Origin: Mobula hypostoma
Taxonomy: Eukaryota
Direction: 5' to 3'
Length of the DNA stretch: 64,000 bases
NCBI RefSeq assembly: GCF_963921235.1
Contig: NW_026948255.1
Location: 124,001-188,000 of the forward strand
Program-made: the position numbers and the translations under genes
The notes under the pieces: generated by a model
What the model saw: the letters and a program-made list of their open reading frames with translations, nothing else
Database searches by the model: none
What the model was told of the DNA's origin: nothing
Shown: piece after piece, positions 21,850-34,554 of the stretch
Layout: every line of letters begins with the position of its first letter
How positions within the stretch are numbered: the stretch's first letter is position 1

Positions 21850-23388
21850 ATGGTGAATACTGTCATCTTCCGAATAGAAGAAGTTTACTATCCTTTAATT
21901 TCAGTCTTTGGAATTCCCGGTAAGCCACAGAGGCAGCTTCCGTTGGTCAGAACTGAACTTCAATTCCAATGTTGTTATTATTTCTGTCGCTCTCAGGGGC
22001 ACTTCGAGAACAATTCTGAGAAGACTTTAACTGTTTTTCCACATATTCTGTTTTGCCTGGATGGGTGTTTCCGCGCATTCCATGTTTCTGTTCCGTCCTT
22101 CGGTGTCCTGTCGCTGACAGGGAGAACCATGGAAGTTTATGATTGTCTAATGGAACAATCCCTCTATCACCGTCCGGATTTATTCATTGCAACTAGATGA
22201 GACGGCGAAGGCGTCGGTAGAAAATATTTAATTCACTATCGATTCCGAGGAGGGTATACACAGTTACAGATTTTCGCTCTCACTTTTTATTCCGGTAATC
22301 AGTAAGAAATCGGGATTCAGATCATATTGACTTTAGTTTACCGACCAAACTCGTTTTTCTACGCCGCGTGTGCACGCCAGCTAAATGCAACAGAAAAGTG
22401 GAAATAGTACAGGACCCCCTCAAACCGTTGCATTGACTTTTGCTCAGGAATTTCTCAATTTGCCGTTCCCTCTCTCTCTCTTCCAGCGAACTTGGTGGCG
22501 GTTATGATCCTGTCCCGGGGAAAATGTGGTCTCTCCAAATGTGTCACTCGCTACCTGGTGGGAATGGCAGCGGCCGATCTCCTGGTCGTTATCTCGGATC
22601 CACTGCTGAGGTGGACTGCAGAGATTTATTTTCCCCGATCATTCTTGTTCATCACTCCCGTGTGCAGACTCCGTCAGTGGCTGATTTTTGCGAGCACTGC
22701 GACCTCCATCTGGCTGACTGTCGCTTTCACCGTCGATCGATTTGTAGCGATTTGCTGTCAGAAGATGAAAACAAAATATTGTACCGAGAGAACGGCGGCT
22801 GTGATTATGGGGACAGTGAGTGCGCTGGCCTGTTTGGAGACTGTCCCCTGGTACTTTGCATATGAGCGTAGAGAAATAATTGATGGTGTTCCCTGGTTTT
22901 GTGTTCTCTCATCGAGCTACAAAATCTCTCTATCATGGGCGGCATTTGAGATGTTTCACCGTATTTTAACCCCCTGTGTCGCTTTCTTTCTGATTTTGCT
23001 GTTCAATATTCAGACTGTCAGGAGGATTCTGGCAGCCAGTCGAGCCCGCAGGGGGCTCCGGGGACAAAAGAGTGGAGAGAATGACAAGGACCGGGAGATG
23101 GAGAGCAGACATAAATCCATCGTTTTGCTCTTCAGCGTAACCGCTAGTTTCATACTGTTGTGGGTAACACAGGTGGTATTTTATATCTACCAACGGATTT
23201 CAAAGAGTTTTATTTATTCTGCCACTGACCCCCGTTACATCACAGTAAAGACAGCAGGAATGCTGCAAGTTCTGAGTTCCTGCACCAACACGTGTATTTA
23301 CGCCCTGACTCAGAGCAAATTCCGAGAGGAACTCAAGAATGCGTTGAAATATCCATTGAATCGGATTTTGAAATTCATGAAACGTTAG
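21850..23388 (+). CDS. gpr139-like: GPR139/GPR142-like class A GPCR, intact, two coding exons (21850-21919, 22487-23388), 323 aa
   Basis: Exon 1 encodes MVNTVIFRIEEVYYPLISVFGIP, donor GTAAG at 21920, acceptor TTCCAG ending 22486, phase-1 join gives P-A-N-L-V. Seven hydrophobic segments with MAAADL, VDRFVAIC, TM3/ECL2 cysteines, SSCTNTCIY and helix 8 FREELK. AATAAA at 23390-23395. Confidence 0.92.
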
Positions 23389-23544
23389 AAATAAATACTG
23401 CAAAGAATTGCGGTTCAGCTGATATCTCATGCTCCCTATTTTGTACCCTCAGTGGTGGGTAAATGGAAAAAATGTGATGAACAGAGTTACCAAACTAATA
23501 ACAGACAATATACCGATGCTAGAAATACAAAACAACACACACAC

Positions 23545-23655
23545 AATCAGCGCCCTGATGAAGACTGGCGGCCCGAAACTTCCAGTGTTTACTCTCATCC
23601 GCTTCTGCTGCCTGGTCTGCTGAGTTGCTCCAGCATCATGTCTGTGTTGCCTTAG
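23545..23655 (+). mobile_element. Penelope-type terminal-repeat fragment with a degenerate hammerhead core
   Basis: CTGATGA...GGCCCGAAAC followed by TGCTGCCTGGTCTGCTGAGTTGCTCCAGCAT...TGTGTTGC. This resembles an abundant elasmobranch repeat as recalled, not searched. Confidence 0.55.
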
Positions 23656-24229
23656 CGTTACAAAACTGCTTTTTTACAGCTGATACCGCAGCATCACTCA
23701 CATCAGCTCCCATAAAAATCCCAGTTGCACCTCACCTCCCCCTCGATTAAATTGAAGATTAAGGCGAACCTGCCACCCCAGCTTCCCGGTTCTGACAAAA
23801 CTGCCTGATATTGGAAAATATTTTCGTCTGCAGCAAACACTCCTGCTTCCGTTATAATCCGTCATGTCCTTTACCCCCTTTTGCTCCTATTTCTTTACAT
23901 ATAGTTTGACCTTCTCTCTGACACCTTGAACTAAGTTCTAGGAACCAAATTTAAATTGTTTTACAAATGGAGACAGAATACCANNNNNNNNNNNNNNNNN
24001 NNNNNNNNNNNNNNNNNNNNNNNNNNNNNNNNNNNNNNNNNNNNNNNNNNNNNNNNNNNNNNNNNNNNNNNNNNNNNNNNNNNNNNNNNNNNNNNNNNNN
24101 NNNNNNNNNNNNNNNNNNNNNNNNNNNNNNAGTCTGGACAAGCCGGTAATGGATGAAATGGGCAAACTGACAGATTTCAAACAGACAGAGAGCCACGTGG
24201 AAAACAGCGGAACAACGGTTCAGTTAATT

Positions 24230-26870
24230 TTATTATCACACAAGTGGGAATTTTGGGTTTCTCCTCAAACAAACACGAACGACATTATTAATTATGTAGA
24301 AATATGACGAGAAAAGTAGCAGTTTTGTAGTGAGAAACTAGCCACTCAAGATGAAGCTAGTTTGAGGAATGTTCTCCAGGCTCTTCAGTCAGGGGACTTT
24401 TCTTCACCATTTGGTCACTGGAGCTCACTCAAGTTCATCCAGACCGGACAATATCAAAACATGAACACTACATATAAGCTTGATCAGGAAAGGTAATAGA
24501 TAAGAGCCCGTTAACCCCGTCAACAGTGAAATAAACAGTGACTCTTGCATGAATTGAGGCTGGACTATTGGAGATGATTCATCGAGACGGGATTGATGAG
24601 TAGTTGCAGATGCATACAGTAAATAGAGTAAGAGGTGTCAATGGCAGCGACAAATTAAATTCATGAGGGGAGAACACTGAATCGAGTAGGCGTTCGACAG
24701 GAGTTCAATAACAGTAGATCAAACCGTATGCTTGTGGCAACTTGGCTGACTGTAAATGAAATGGCGTGAGACTTTTGACAAGGGTTCCTATAATACACTC
24801 ATTCAGAAAATCAGGAGGAACGGGATCGATGGACATTTAGTTTTCTGAATATGGAATTATCTTGCCCAGTGAGTGTGTAACTGTCAGTTAGTGGAGCACT
24901 TCCAATATATCTGTTCTGTTACCCTGCTGTTCTTTTTTTTCTGTTTCTTTGTAAATGACTTGCAACGGGAAGTGGAAAGGTGGGCTGGTTTGTTGTTGGT
25001 TTGGCCGCCACGGAGTTTAGTGGCTAGAGTGGCGCTATTCCGCCTCAAGGCAATAGAAGTCGCAGTTTAATGCTGGCTTCTTCTGTAAGGTGTTTGTTCA
25101 TTCTCTCCTTCATATGTGCGAGGTTTTCTCCCAAGCGCAAAATCACTAGAGTTATAGGTCATCATACATTGTCCTGCTATTAGACTCGGGTTAAATTGAG
25201 TGTTCTGGGCTCTGCGGCTCATTGTTCCTCGCTTCATCTCTAAAGAAATAAATGACACAGGGGCTGGTGTCGTTGAGGATGGCCCAGAATGTGTTCATAG
25301 GTTGCAATGGAACATCGGCACGGTGCAGGACTGCGCTGAGAAGTGGCAGATGGAGTTTCACCGGGAAATGTGTGAGCTGATACAGAATGAGAAATCAATC
25401 TAGATTACAGAGTACCAATGGCAGAATTTATCGCCGTGTGTTGGAACAGTGGGGTAATGCTATGTAGGTCCATATACACACATCCCCACCCATAATTTCC
25501 AAGCAAGTCATTTGGGTGCTTACGAAGGCCAATGGCTTACGAAATAGTCACGCTGGGTGGGAATCTCAGGATTACTTCCGGTTTCACATACTTGCTATTT
25601 TAGAAATTGTAAGTTAGTACAGTTAATCGTGAGGCTAATGATCTGGTGCAGGAGGGAGGGCATCAACGTATACGGATCATCGGGCTCTCTTCCAGGACAT
25701 CTGGGACTGGCATAAAGAGGATGGGCGACACGCGTACTGGAGCGGAACTAATATTCTCAGAGGGACGTTTGCACGAGTTACCCGGGCAGAGCTTTAACAT
25801 GGGGCAAACGAAGTACGGAGTTGGAATCAGAGCTACAGGGTCAGCAAGTAGGATGCGGAACGGTCACAGGATATCCACATGGGGCCACGCTAATGACCAC
25901 TGTGGCATCGAGAAGCTGAAGTGAATTTATTTCAGTGCAGGCTTTCTTAAGGTCCGGATTAGTTCGTGACACAGTGATTCAGCCATTACAGAGATCTGGT
26001 TGAGAGACGGGCGGGACTGGTAGCTAAACATTACAGATTTCAGACGATACAGACATTTCAGCTGGGTGTAAAGGAAGTTGTGTAATTACACTGCTGATCA
26101 GGCAGAAAGTCAGGGGCAATGTCATCTCACAGGCTCATCTTGTAAGGCTATGTAGGAAGAGCTCGAAAATAAGAAAGATGCAATCACTCTGTTGGTATCA
26201 TACCGGCAGGCCTCGCAATAGCCACTAAGGGAGAAGAACATTTATGTTGGCAGGTTATGGACTGAGTTGAAAACAATGGAGTAGCTGCAATTGCTGCTAA
26301 ATATTTGCAGAATAGCGGGGATTCTCTTACAGTATCAGGCTCCGATGGGGCATTATTTGTTAGAACTGTTGAGAGAAGTTTTCTGAAACTGTATGTAGAC
26401 AGCTCACCAGGGAGGGCGCATATTTAACTTCTAATTTGGAGTTTCAGTAGAAAAGTTTTAAGGATTATAATTATGGACGTTTTCAAACGGTCACTGATAG
26501 GGATAAGACTGGACCTCTAGGCAGTGTCAATTTGGCGAATGCTAATTCAGCAGGATTGGGCAGGAATCGTAGAAAATATAGCGAGAAGGGATGTTGCGTG
26601 ATACGTCCATATCTGTCACGTGAGAGTCACGTACAGTGCAGCTGGTCGGAAGACAGGAGTTCCCTGACCTGGTAAGGAACGTGGTACAGGATGGGGACGA
26701 TCAGGAACTAAGGATGATGAGAGATATGGTCTATAGTTAAAGAAAAAAAGTAAAATGAGTTGGATGTCAGATTTAGGAAGCCACAATTGAACTGAGTGTT
26801 GGACGAACATAAAAGAAGTCAGAAAGAAACATAATGTGAATCAGGAGAGTGAACTACGTCCAGGAAATGT
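24230..26870 (+). mobile_element. Patchwork of heavily degraded CR1 fragments (RT, ORF1 end, endonuclease)
   Basis: Remnants such as AEKWQMEF (25335-25360) and AITEIWL (25980-26000). Confidence 0.55.
25005..25255 (+). mobile_element. tRNA-derived SINE (HE1/V-SINE-like), degenerate
   Basis: A-box-like TAGTGGCTAGAG, a central V-domain-like block CTGTAAGGTGTTTGTTCATTCTCTCC...GTGCGAGGTTTTCTCC, and an A-rich end. Confidence 0.55.
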
Positions 26871-27639
26871 CCTCAGCTCCAAAATGGAGGAACACAGACC
26901 CTAACAACCCCAACACTGCCCCGTGTTCCCACAGATTTCCAGCACCAGCCCAATTTCCATACACATAAAAACATGGCAAACCTTACATTACACTGAGAAA
27001 TGGTAAACCTTACATTACACTGAGAAAATACAGCTGAACAACAGCCACCTGCAACATTGGAAGATCACAGACCTGCACAAACCAGCTCTGGACTGCGTTG
27101 TCACTGCGTTGTATATTTCCAGCACCGCGCAGGGAAGGAGGTGGGCAAATAGAAACCACACAAGGTCCTGCAGTGTCACAAGTTGCTACAAATCAGTATG
27201 GTGAGGGATGGGAGAGGGTATCCACTAGTGAACAGCTGTGATTAGTTACATTCATACCTGACCTGTGGGGTTATTCAGAAACAAGTGTTTCAGAATGAAA
27301 ACTGTTCTGTCTGGGGGGAAAAGACAAGGATACAAGTTATGAGAACAGTGGATGATCAGAGATGTTGTAAATACCTTCGAAAAGGAAAAGGAGCCATAAT
27401 AATGGTTGTTGTTGTTGAGTGTCATCCAGTCGTCCCTGACACACGGCGATCCAAAGGATACTTCGCGAGGCGACTTGTGTGCCAGTAGAACTCTCATTCG
27501 ATAGGATTAAATATTCTCCTTTCAGCCTGATAGAGCTAAAAAGCACAGCTGCTTCCAAGGTCACTACAGTCAACAAAAATATCTTAGTACGCTTAATCGA
27601 ACTATCGCTGTTCAAACCGGGCGGAAACAATGCCAATGA

Positions 27640-28470
27640 TGGACGGACTCCTCGCCGGGTTCCACGCAGGAAACGTGGCTTCAGGGCAGGGATACAAGTG
27701 CGCTGAAGGAAACGGGCTTTTAAACTCGCTGCACTGACTGTCTCGCTGGCAAACGTGCAGTCTCTGGTAAATAAAATTTATGATCTCAGAGCTAAGGTGT
27801 CTAAATAGACGGAAATTAGGACCGCGTGTGCTCTTTTACACTGAATCCTGGGTAAACTCTTCCGGATACAGCGATTCATGTCGACGGGTTTACTATACCC
27901 CGTCAGGATAGATCTACAGAGTCTCGCAAAAGCAGAGGTGATGGAGTTTGCCTCATGATTAACTCTTCTTGGTGCACAAATATATCAGGTTTTCCGAATT
28001 CTGCTCACCAGACCTGGAACAGCTAGCAGTCAAGTGCCGTCCATTTTACCTACCACGGGAGATTTCTGGGGTCATTTTGGTGGCGGTATTCATTCCAGCT
28101 CACGTCTATGTCAATCAGGCTTTAGATGATCGGAGCGGTGGTATCAACGTGCACGAAACAGCACACTCGAACGCTTTCACCATCGTTTTGGGGGATTTTA
28201 ACCAGGCCAGTCTGAAAAAAAAAATCACTAAGCAATTTCCATAACAGATCACTTGCAATACTAGAGGAAACAACACAATGGATCACTGTTTCACCACAAT
28301 GAAGAATGTCTACCGACCTATTCCACGCCCTCACTTCCGGACGTCCGATCACCTGGCTGTACTTCTACTACCTGAGCATAGGCAGAGACTGAAGACTGCA
28401 ACATCAGTAGTGAGGAACAAGAAGGTTTGGACTAGGGAAGTATAGGAGCGCCTACAGGATTCAGCTGAAC
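27640..28470 (+). mobile_element. Rex1/Babar (L2-related) LINE, endonuclease region
   Basis: LANVQSL, GxGVCL, LAVKCRPFYLPRE...VILVAVFIP, GDFNQ and SDHL motifs. Confidence 0.75.
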
Positions 28471-28679
28471 GAGGAGATGGGGATTCACTTACTCAGAGAT
28501 GAAGATTATTCCTCGGGGATGTAGATTCTTACTCAGGGATCGTGATGTGTTTAGGGATGATTTTCCTCAGATACACTACAAGAGAACACAATGAGCTTTG
28601 TTTTCTTTTTGTTAGTGGAGGGTAAGGGAAACGCAGTGGGTGTACACACAGCTATTTACTAGACATTTATTACGAGGCC

Positions 28680-30700
28680 GCTTTCGAAAATGTCCTGTTC
28701 ATTCTCGAAGAATTATCGAGGAATGGAACGGGGATGACTCTGAAAATCATATCCCAGTGAGTCACACTTCAGCGGTCGGTGAACTGTTGGAGAAAATCAT
28801 AGATGCAGGATGTATGGGAATTTGAAGAAGCAGATCCTGATTGGGAATTTTCGGTATGACTTGGTAAGGGACAGGTGAAGCCTCAGCAGTTTGGTTGAAT
28901 TCTGTGACGATGTAAGCACAGTGATAAAGGTAGAGAAGGTGATATGGTATAAACAGACTTTAGCGAGGAATTTGATACGATTCCCCACGGTAGGCTTTTT
29001 TCAATAGGCATGGTATCTGCGGATATCTGTTCTGGGATCTCTATTTTTGGCGATTTTCATAAGTGATTTGGATGAGGAAATGGAAGTGTGGTTTATTGTG
29101 ATTGCAATGATATTGACTTTGATGTAGATCTGGACAGTGCTGACGGCTGTCGTGTGTAACAACAGGATATTGACAGGATGCAGAGCCGAGCTGAGCAGTG
29201 GCAGATGGAGTTCAACTTTAAAATATATGAAATTATTCACTTGTGAAAGACGAATATGAAGGCCGAATACGGAGATATTACCAGTATTGTTGATTGGGAA
29301 CAGCTACTGTATTTCTTGGTAAATCAACACACTGTCTGTGGGAGCTTCAAAGACCATCTGACCAGAGTAGTGGACGGGTATGTTCTAGTCAGAAGGAAGG
29401 ACCAAGATGGCAAGGTAAGAGAACTGTGGATGTCGAGAGAAGGCATGAATGTCGTAAAGAAGGAAAAGGATAAGTATGTGAAGCTCAGAAACCTCAACTC
29501 AAACAGAGCACTGGCGGAATATATATATATTTAAAAAGCAGCATGAAAGGACTCAAAAAAGGAATGAGGCAAGCCAGAAGGGGCAGGGAAAAGTCCTTGG
29601 GAAGTAGGATAAAAAACCCCAATACATACATCAGGAGCAGGAGGATAACTGGGAAAGGGTGGGACCACACAAGGATGAAGAGAGCCACACGTGTTTGTAT
29701 GTGAAGGATGTGAGTGAGGTCTTTAATGAGTACCATACATCTGTATGTACTAAGACGGATGTCGAGAATGGGGAGAATAATGTTGAGAGTATTAATATGC
29801 TGGATATTTGTAAATAAAAGTAGTATTGCATCCCTTAAATAACATTGAATTGAAAATGTACCAGGTTATTAGGAAAGGCAAGTTAAGAGATTGCTAGGGC
29901 CTTGCCCCATAACTTTGTGTCCTCCCCAGCCATAGGCAAGGTCCCAGAAGACTGTGAGAACCGAACGTTGATCCATTTTTCAGAAAGGGATCCAGGGATA
30001 AACCTGGAAACTACCGACCAGTGGGTCTCACATTAATGTCCAGGAAAATACTGGAGGGAATTCAATGATAAGGAATTTACGAGCGTTTGGAAAATCATGG
30101 CCTAATTAAGAAGAGACAGCTTAGAGCAAGACAAGTCTTATAAGCTTGTTTGGAAATGTTGACGATATGACAAGGACGAATGATGAAGGTAGAGCTATAG
30201 ATATTGTTTACGTGCATTTTACAAAAGCCTTTTGACAGTGTCTCATAAGGATGAAAGGAAAATGCTATAATGAGTGGCAGGCCAAAATGTATGATTTTCT
30301 CGCGAGCGTCAGAGGCTGAAGGTAGATCTGGTAGAGATTGATAGGATTAACAGAGGCATAGACAAAGTTCACACACAGTATCTCTTTCCCTGTGTAGAAA
30401 CGTCTCAGACCAGATGCTGTGCTTCTAATGTGAGAAGGGCTGCACTCAAAGGAGATGGGCGACGCAAGTACTTATACGCAGAGATTGTTGGATCATTAGA
30501 ACCCATGCCTGGGGTAGTGGTGGAGACGGATACAATCAATAAATTTAAGGAACACGTAGATAGGCACATGAATCTGAGGCAAATGACGTATATGGACATT
30601 ATGCAGGCATCAGATAATAGTTTGTTAGCCATTTGGTGAGTAATTTATTTGACTCCCATCCCGTGCTGGACTGTTCTATGTTCACACTCTATGACTTTGT
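28680..30700 (+). mobile_element. Degraded CR1 fragments
   Basis: WQMEFN, NYRPVGLT and 3'-end (FKxHxDRHMN) remnants. Confidence 0.6.
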
Positions 30701-30754
30701 TATAACTACAGTGTTTTAATGTGATTTTCGGTTCTGTGTGTTGTTTTACCATAC

Positions 30755-30928
30755 CGATCCAGAACGTCTTTCAGCATTTTTTGTCCAACATTGCCAACAC
30801 ATTCCTTATTTCCACAAATGATTCCCACATCATTCCCTGGGACCAGGAGAGACATTCCCCATCACCAAACTGAGGTTGAGTCGGGAGCCCTCTGTTGGTG
30901 TTCCATCTTCTGTGAGTTTGGTTATTTC
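30755..30928 (-). pseudogene. Orphan exon resembling the N-terminal domain of chondrichthyan NLR (NLRP3-like) proteins, frameshifted copy
   Basis: TTTACAG acceptor and GTATGG donor. Reads EITKLTEDGTPTEGSRLNLSLVMG (frameshift) MWESFVEIRNVLAMLDK. Paralogous to 48571-48742. Family assignment is from recall of shark/ray NLR sequences. Confidence 0.55.
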
Positions 30929-31121
30929 CTGTAAATAGTGAGCTTGTTGAGTGACAGACTGAGTGAAATAGAATGGATTTTCACGTTTCAAAACACATTT
31001 ATTACCAAAGATTGTATAATTTATAAAATTGTAACTCTCAGGCTCGCCAAGCTCGTGTTCGTCTTGGGGAAAATAGCTTTTGGCCCCGCCAAACTGAGAA
31101 ATCACGTTTTTGTGGATATTG

Positions 31122-31621
31122 TGTAATGCACTGCCCAGTAACAAACCCACAATGCAAGAAACTGTATCAGACAGTAGACAACATGCAATTAAATGATTGA
31201 ACCTTTTCACTCGTAATCTGAATATAGTGTTAGTAATGAATATAAAAAGGACCCAATTCAAGGACAAGTCAGAAGTTCACGGTGGAGCTCATTCATTCGG
31301 CATTCTTCCACCATTAATCTCCTCCGAGCGTCGCCGACCTTCGAACCCTCAGATGCCAGTCCACTCCGCCCGGTGGTCTACCAGCTCTCTCCACACGCGT
31401 CTGCCCTTTTCATCTCTCCTCGACCAAGACCGTGAAGAACCTCCTTCCAGATTCACAAGACAGAACAACAATCTCTGATTGGCTAACATGCATACCACAG
31501 TCCTGTTATCTCCAGTCATAACCCGAACATTGCTGCTACAGAGAAACTGTTACCTCAGCAGTGAACATTACAGAGAAGCTATTACATTAGTCTCAGCAGT
31601 GGTTCCTTACAGCGCGTTACA
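31122..31621. mobile_element. Probable solo LTR (~500 bp)
   Basis: TG...CA ends with an imperfect 12-bp inverted repeat (TGTAATGCACTG / CAGCGCGTTACA). No target-site duplication is visible. Confidence 0.5.
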
Positions 31622-34554
31622 CACTTAACTAAAACAGTTACCAGTTATTCCCTAGTAAATGTCCGCGCTCACCCTGTCCATTACTGTATGATTTATGAGG
31701 ATCTACTCAGTGATGGTTCCGAGGAGGCAACACGTTTACCTGTGGGGTGAATGATAGATCAGGAGGGAACATAACACCCCCGGCCTGGTATCGTATGCTG
31801 CGGCAGTGATTAGGCAGATCCAGCAGAATGTGGTTCATATCTCTCCCCAAACGTAAAGCTCTCTGTATTCGAACCTCAGACATTTCTCTGCTATTCGAGT
31901 GATAGATGGATTTATACTTTATTACAAGATATTTTGAATAAGCGCAGGCCCCACTGGTTTGCCTTTGGTTAAATAGTCCCTCCATGTATCAGGTCCGATG
32001 GTTCGCCTTTAGGTGTATTTCATGGCCGAGTATGATCAAAGCAACATCGAGATTGAAATTTCAACCATTGTATAGTTTTATATGTAACACGTAGGAATGC
32101 AAACCCTTCTCTCCGTAGAAGCAAATCTGCAAATGAGCAAAGTTTCTATCATCAGCTTACATTATCTTCAATTCTTCATCGCACAATTGATACAATGTTA
32201 CATCCATTGTTGATTATTCCATCTCATTTGTAGTATGCAGTTTGGTGCCTAATCGATATTAAAATAATGATGAACGTCTTCTGGCAAATGATAATCCATT
32301 AGATGCGCCTAAGGAAATGGAAGACGCAAAATCAAGGTCACTGCTCCTGCTATTGGTTTGTTTTTGACAGCCGCGCCGACTAAATATTGCTCAGAGTCGC
32401 ATATTTTTAAAGCCCCGGGGCTCCTTGTTTATTTATTTATTGTCATCTGCACACTCTGAACGTTTAGAGTGAAAATAGAAAAATCACATACTTTGATTTC
32501 ATTTATTAATTGACGGGTATAATGAAATATAATACAACAAATAAAATCTTCCACATTTCGAAAAAAAAACTTTTTCTAACTGGACAGGAACAGAGGTTAC
32601 GTGCGCAGGAGTATTTCAGTTACTGAGCGATGGCGCACCCGTGCGGTTAACAGGGAACAGTGTAAATTAAGAAGCAAGTTATTGTACTGGGTGGGTAATG
32701 AAAGTATATTTTGCTTCTAGTTGCGATTCGGTTGAAGAAGTAACCTAGGAATTAATCATATTACTGCATAATTTCCTACATTTTATCTTGGCTAATATCG
32801 CAACGCTGCTCGGCGGACAACAAGTGAGATGGATAACGACCTGTTCAGGATCGCTGGATACAGTTTGTTGACGCTGTTCAGATAGTTCATTGGTGTCAGG
32901 TGATTGCAGCGATCACACGGGATGTATGCTCAATATCAAATGAGCCTACAAAGTCAGTGTCATTGGTGTGTTGTATTAGGTATTACTTTGACAGAGTGGT
33001 CAACAGTGACATGTCATCTCTGCTGAGAGATGGTCCCAGAAAAAAGAAGTAGGATAACATCAGAGTTGTCACTGTTCTTATAAAACGCAGACTGTTCTGT
33101 TTATTGAACTGAAGAATGTCTCTTAGACGATAAAGCTACGCGTGTGATGGCTCACACCTTCCAGCTTTGCATCCACGTTGTTTGATTCCTGTACTTTCCC
33201 AAGACCGAATCACACAAGTGCGGTTAGTGTGTTCAGTGGAGAATATCTGCAGATGAAGCACGCTTTGCTGCATCCCTTCTGAAATGTATAGCTCCCTTTA
33301 TTCGGTGCCTCAGAAATATGTATGTTTCTCTACAAGTATCTGTGTTTGTACTTTTATTTCTAAATAATTAAAATGATGTGTCTTATGTTCATACCACACA
33401 AACAAGTGAAGGTGTATGCTCGAAGCATTCGAATACTGAAGTCCAACAGCTTAACCGCATCTCTTCTGCACTGTAAATAATCTCACGTGCATTATGCCTT
33501 AATTGTCCCTCGCTGTCCTCGATACCACACAAACAGCCGCAATTTTTCGCAGCATTCAGCAAAATGACGGCATTTGTATTCGTAGCGTTCATCAGAACGA
33601 GTTCAATATATCACAATCACGGATTCCGCAGTGCGGTAGCTACGGATATTGAGTTTGTTAAGATGCAGGTGTCAGCTAATTATTATTTCATTGTGATAGT
33701 ATTTAACTCCATTCATTCCGTCGTGGAATTACTCGAGACTTGAACACAGCGATACTCCCTGCTGGCTTGCATTCGGGCTCGCCTGAGAAATTGGACTGTC
33801 TGGTCAACTGACCGTGAAGACCAGCGGTATTCGTTTTATAATTAGGTGTTTTTATTTTATTTTCAGTCTCAGTGAAAGCATCGTTTTCGATTTGACAGTT
33901 TTAGTTAACGGCTCTGTTTGACCGAGTGTTTATTGTTTTCTTTTCGCTTTAACACTGTTCGCATTAAAGTCTTTGAAATATCGTCCCACGTCAGTGTCTC
34001 TCACTCGGCGCTTGGGTCATGTCCGAACCCGCTTTGGAGGCCAAGTCTCTATGTATATTTCAGGCATAGATTGGCAGGTTATTGATTGGTCAGGGCATGA
34101 AGGGATACAGGGACAAGGCATGAAAATGGGGCGGAAAGGAAAATTAGATCAAATTGGATGATGAAATAGCGGAGCAGACCTGATGGGCAAAATGGCCTAA
34201 TTCTGCCCGTATATCTTATGGCCCATGATTTAATATAGTGGCTTTGCAAGATATTGATCAGACAGCACTTTGAGTACAGTGAGCAGTTTTGGGCCCCTCT
34301 TCTGAGAAATTGTGTGTTGGGATTGGAGAGCTGTTCCCTCCGAGCAGTGCAGGTGTGTGTCCGGGCAGTAGTTCAAATGTTCCCACGCATGTAGCCTTTT
34401 TTGCTGCGCAACTTGAATTTTCTTTTTTTTTTAAATTATTGTGTAATGTTCATTTAAAGCGCTGAACATTTTTCAGGCTATATAAGAATTTCCAGCTCAG
34501 AGGAATTGTTGGCCCGGACAGCAGAAAAAAAGAACAAAGGGATCTAGATCATGA

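Noticed and set aside
21850-22200. 116-aa ORF as a separate protein (likewise 13987-14232 and 38947-39309 as listed)
   Set aside because: These are real exons read through into introns; the splice sites explain them.
17781-24130. ORFs spanning N runs (e.g. 17720-18139, 20710-21156, 21145-21567, 23938-24180)
   Set aside because: They are open only because of the Ns. The N runs abut simple repeats, and in the duplicated unit the equivalent positions hold (CT)n/(CA)n/(TG)n, so they are probably masked microsatellites or gaps.
26973-27026. 27-bp tandem duplication
   Set aside because: Real, but an ordinary slippage or repair duplication with no sign of function.
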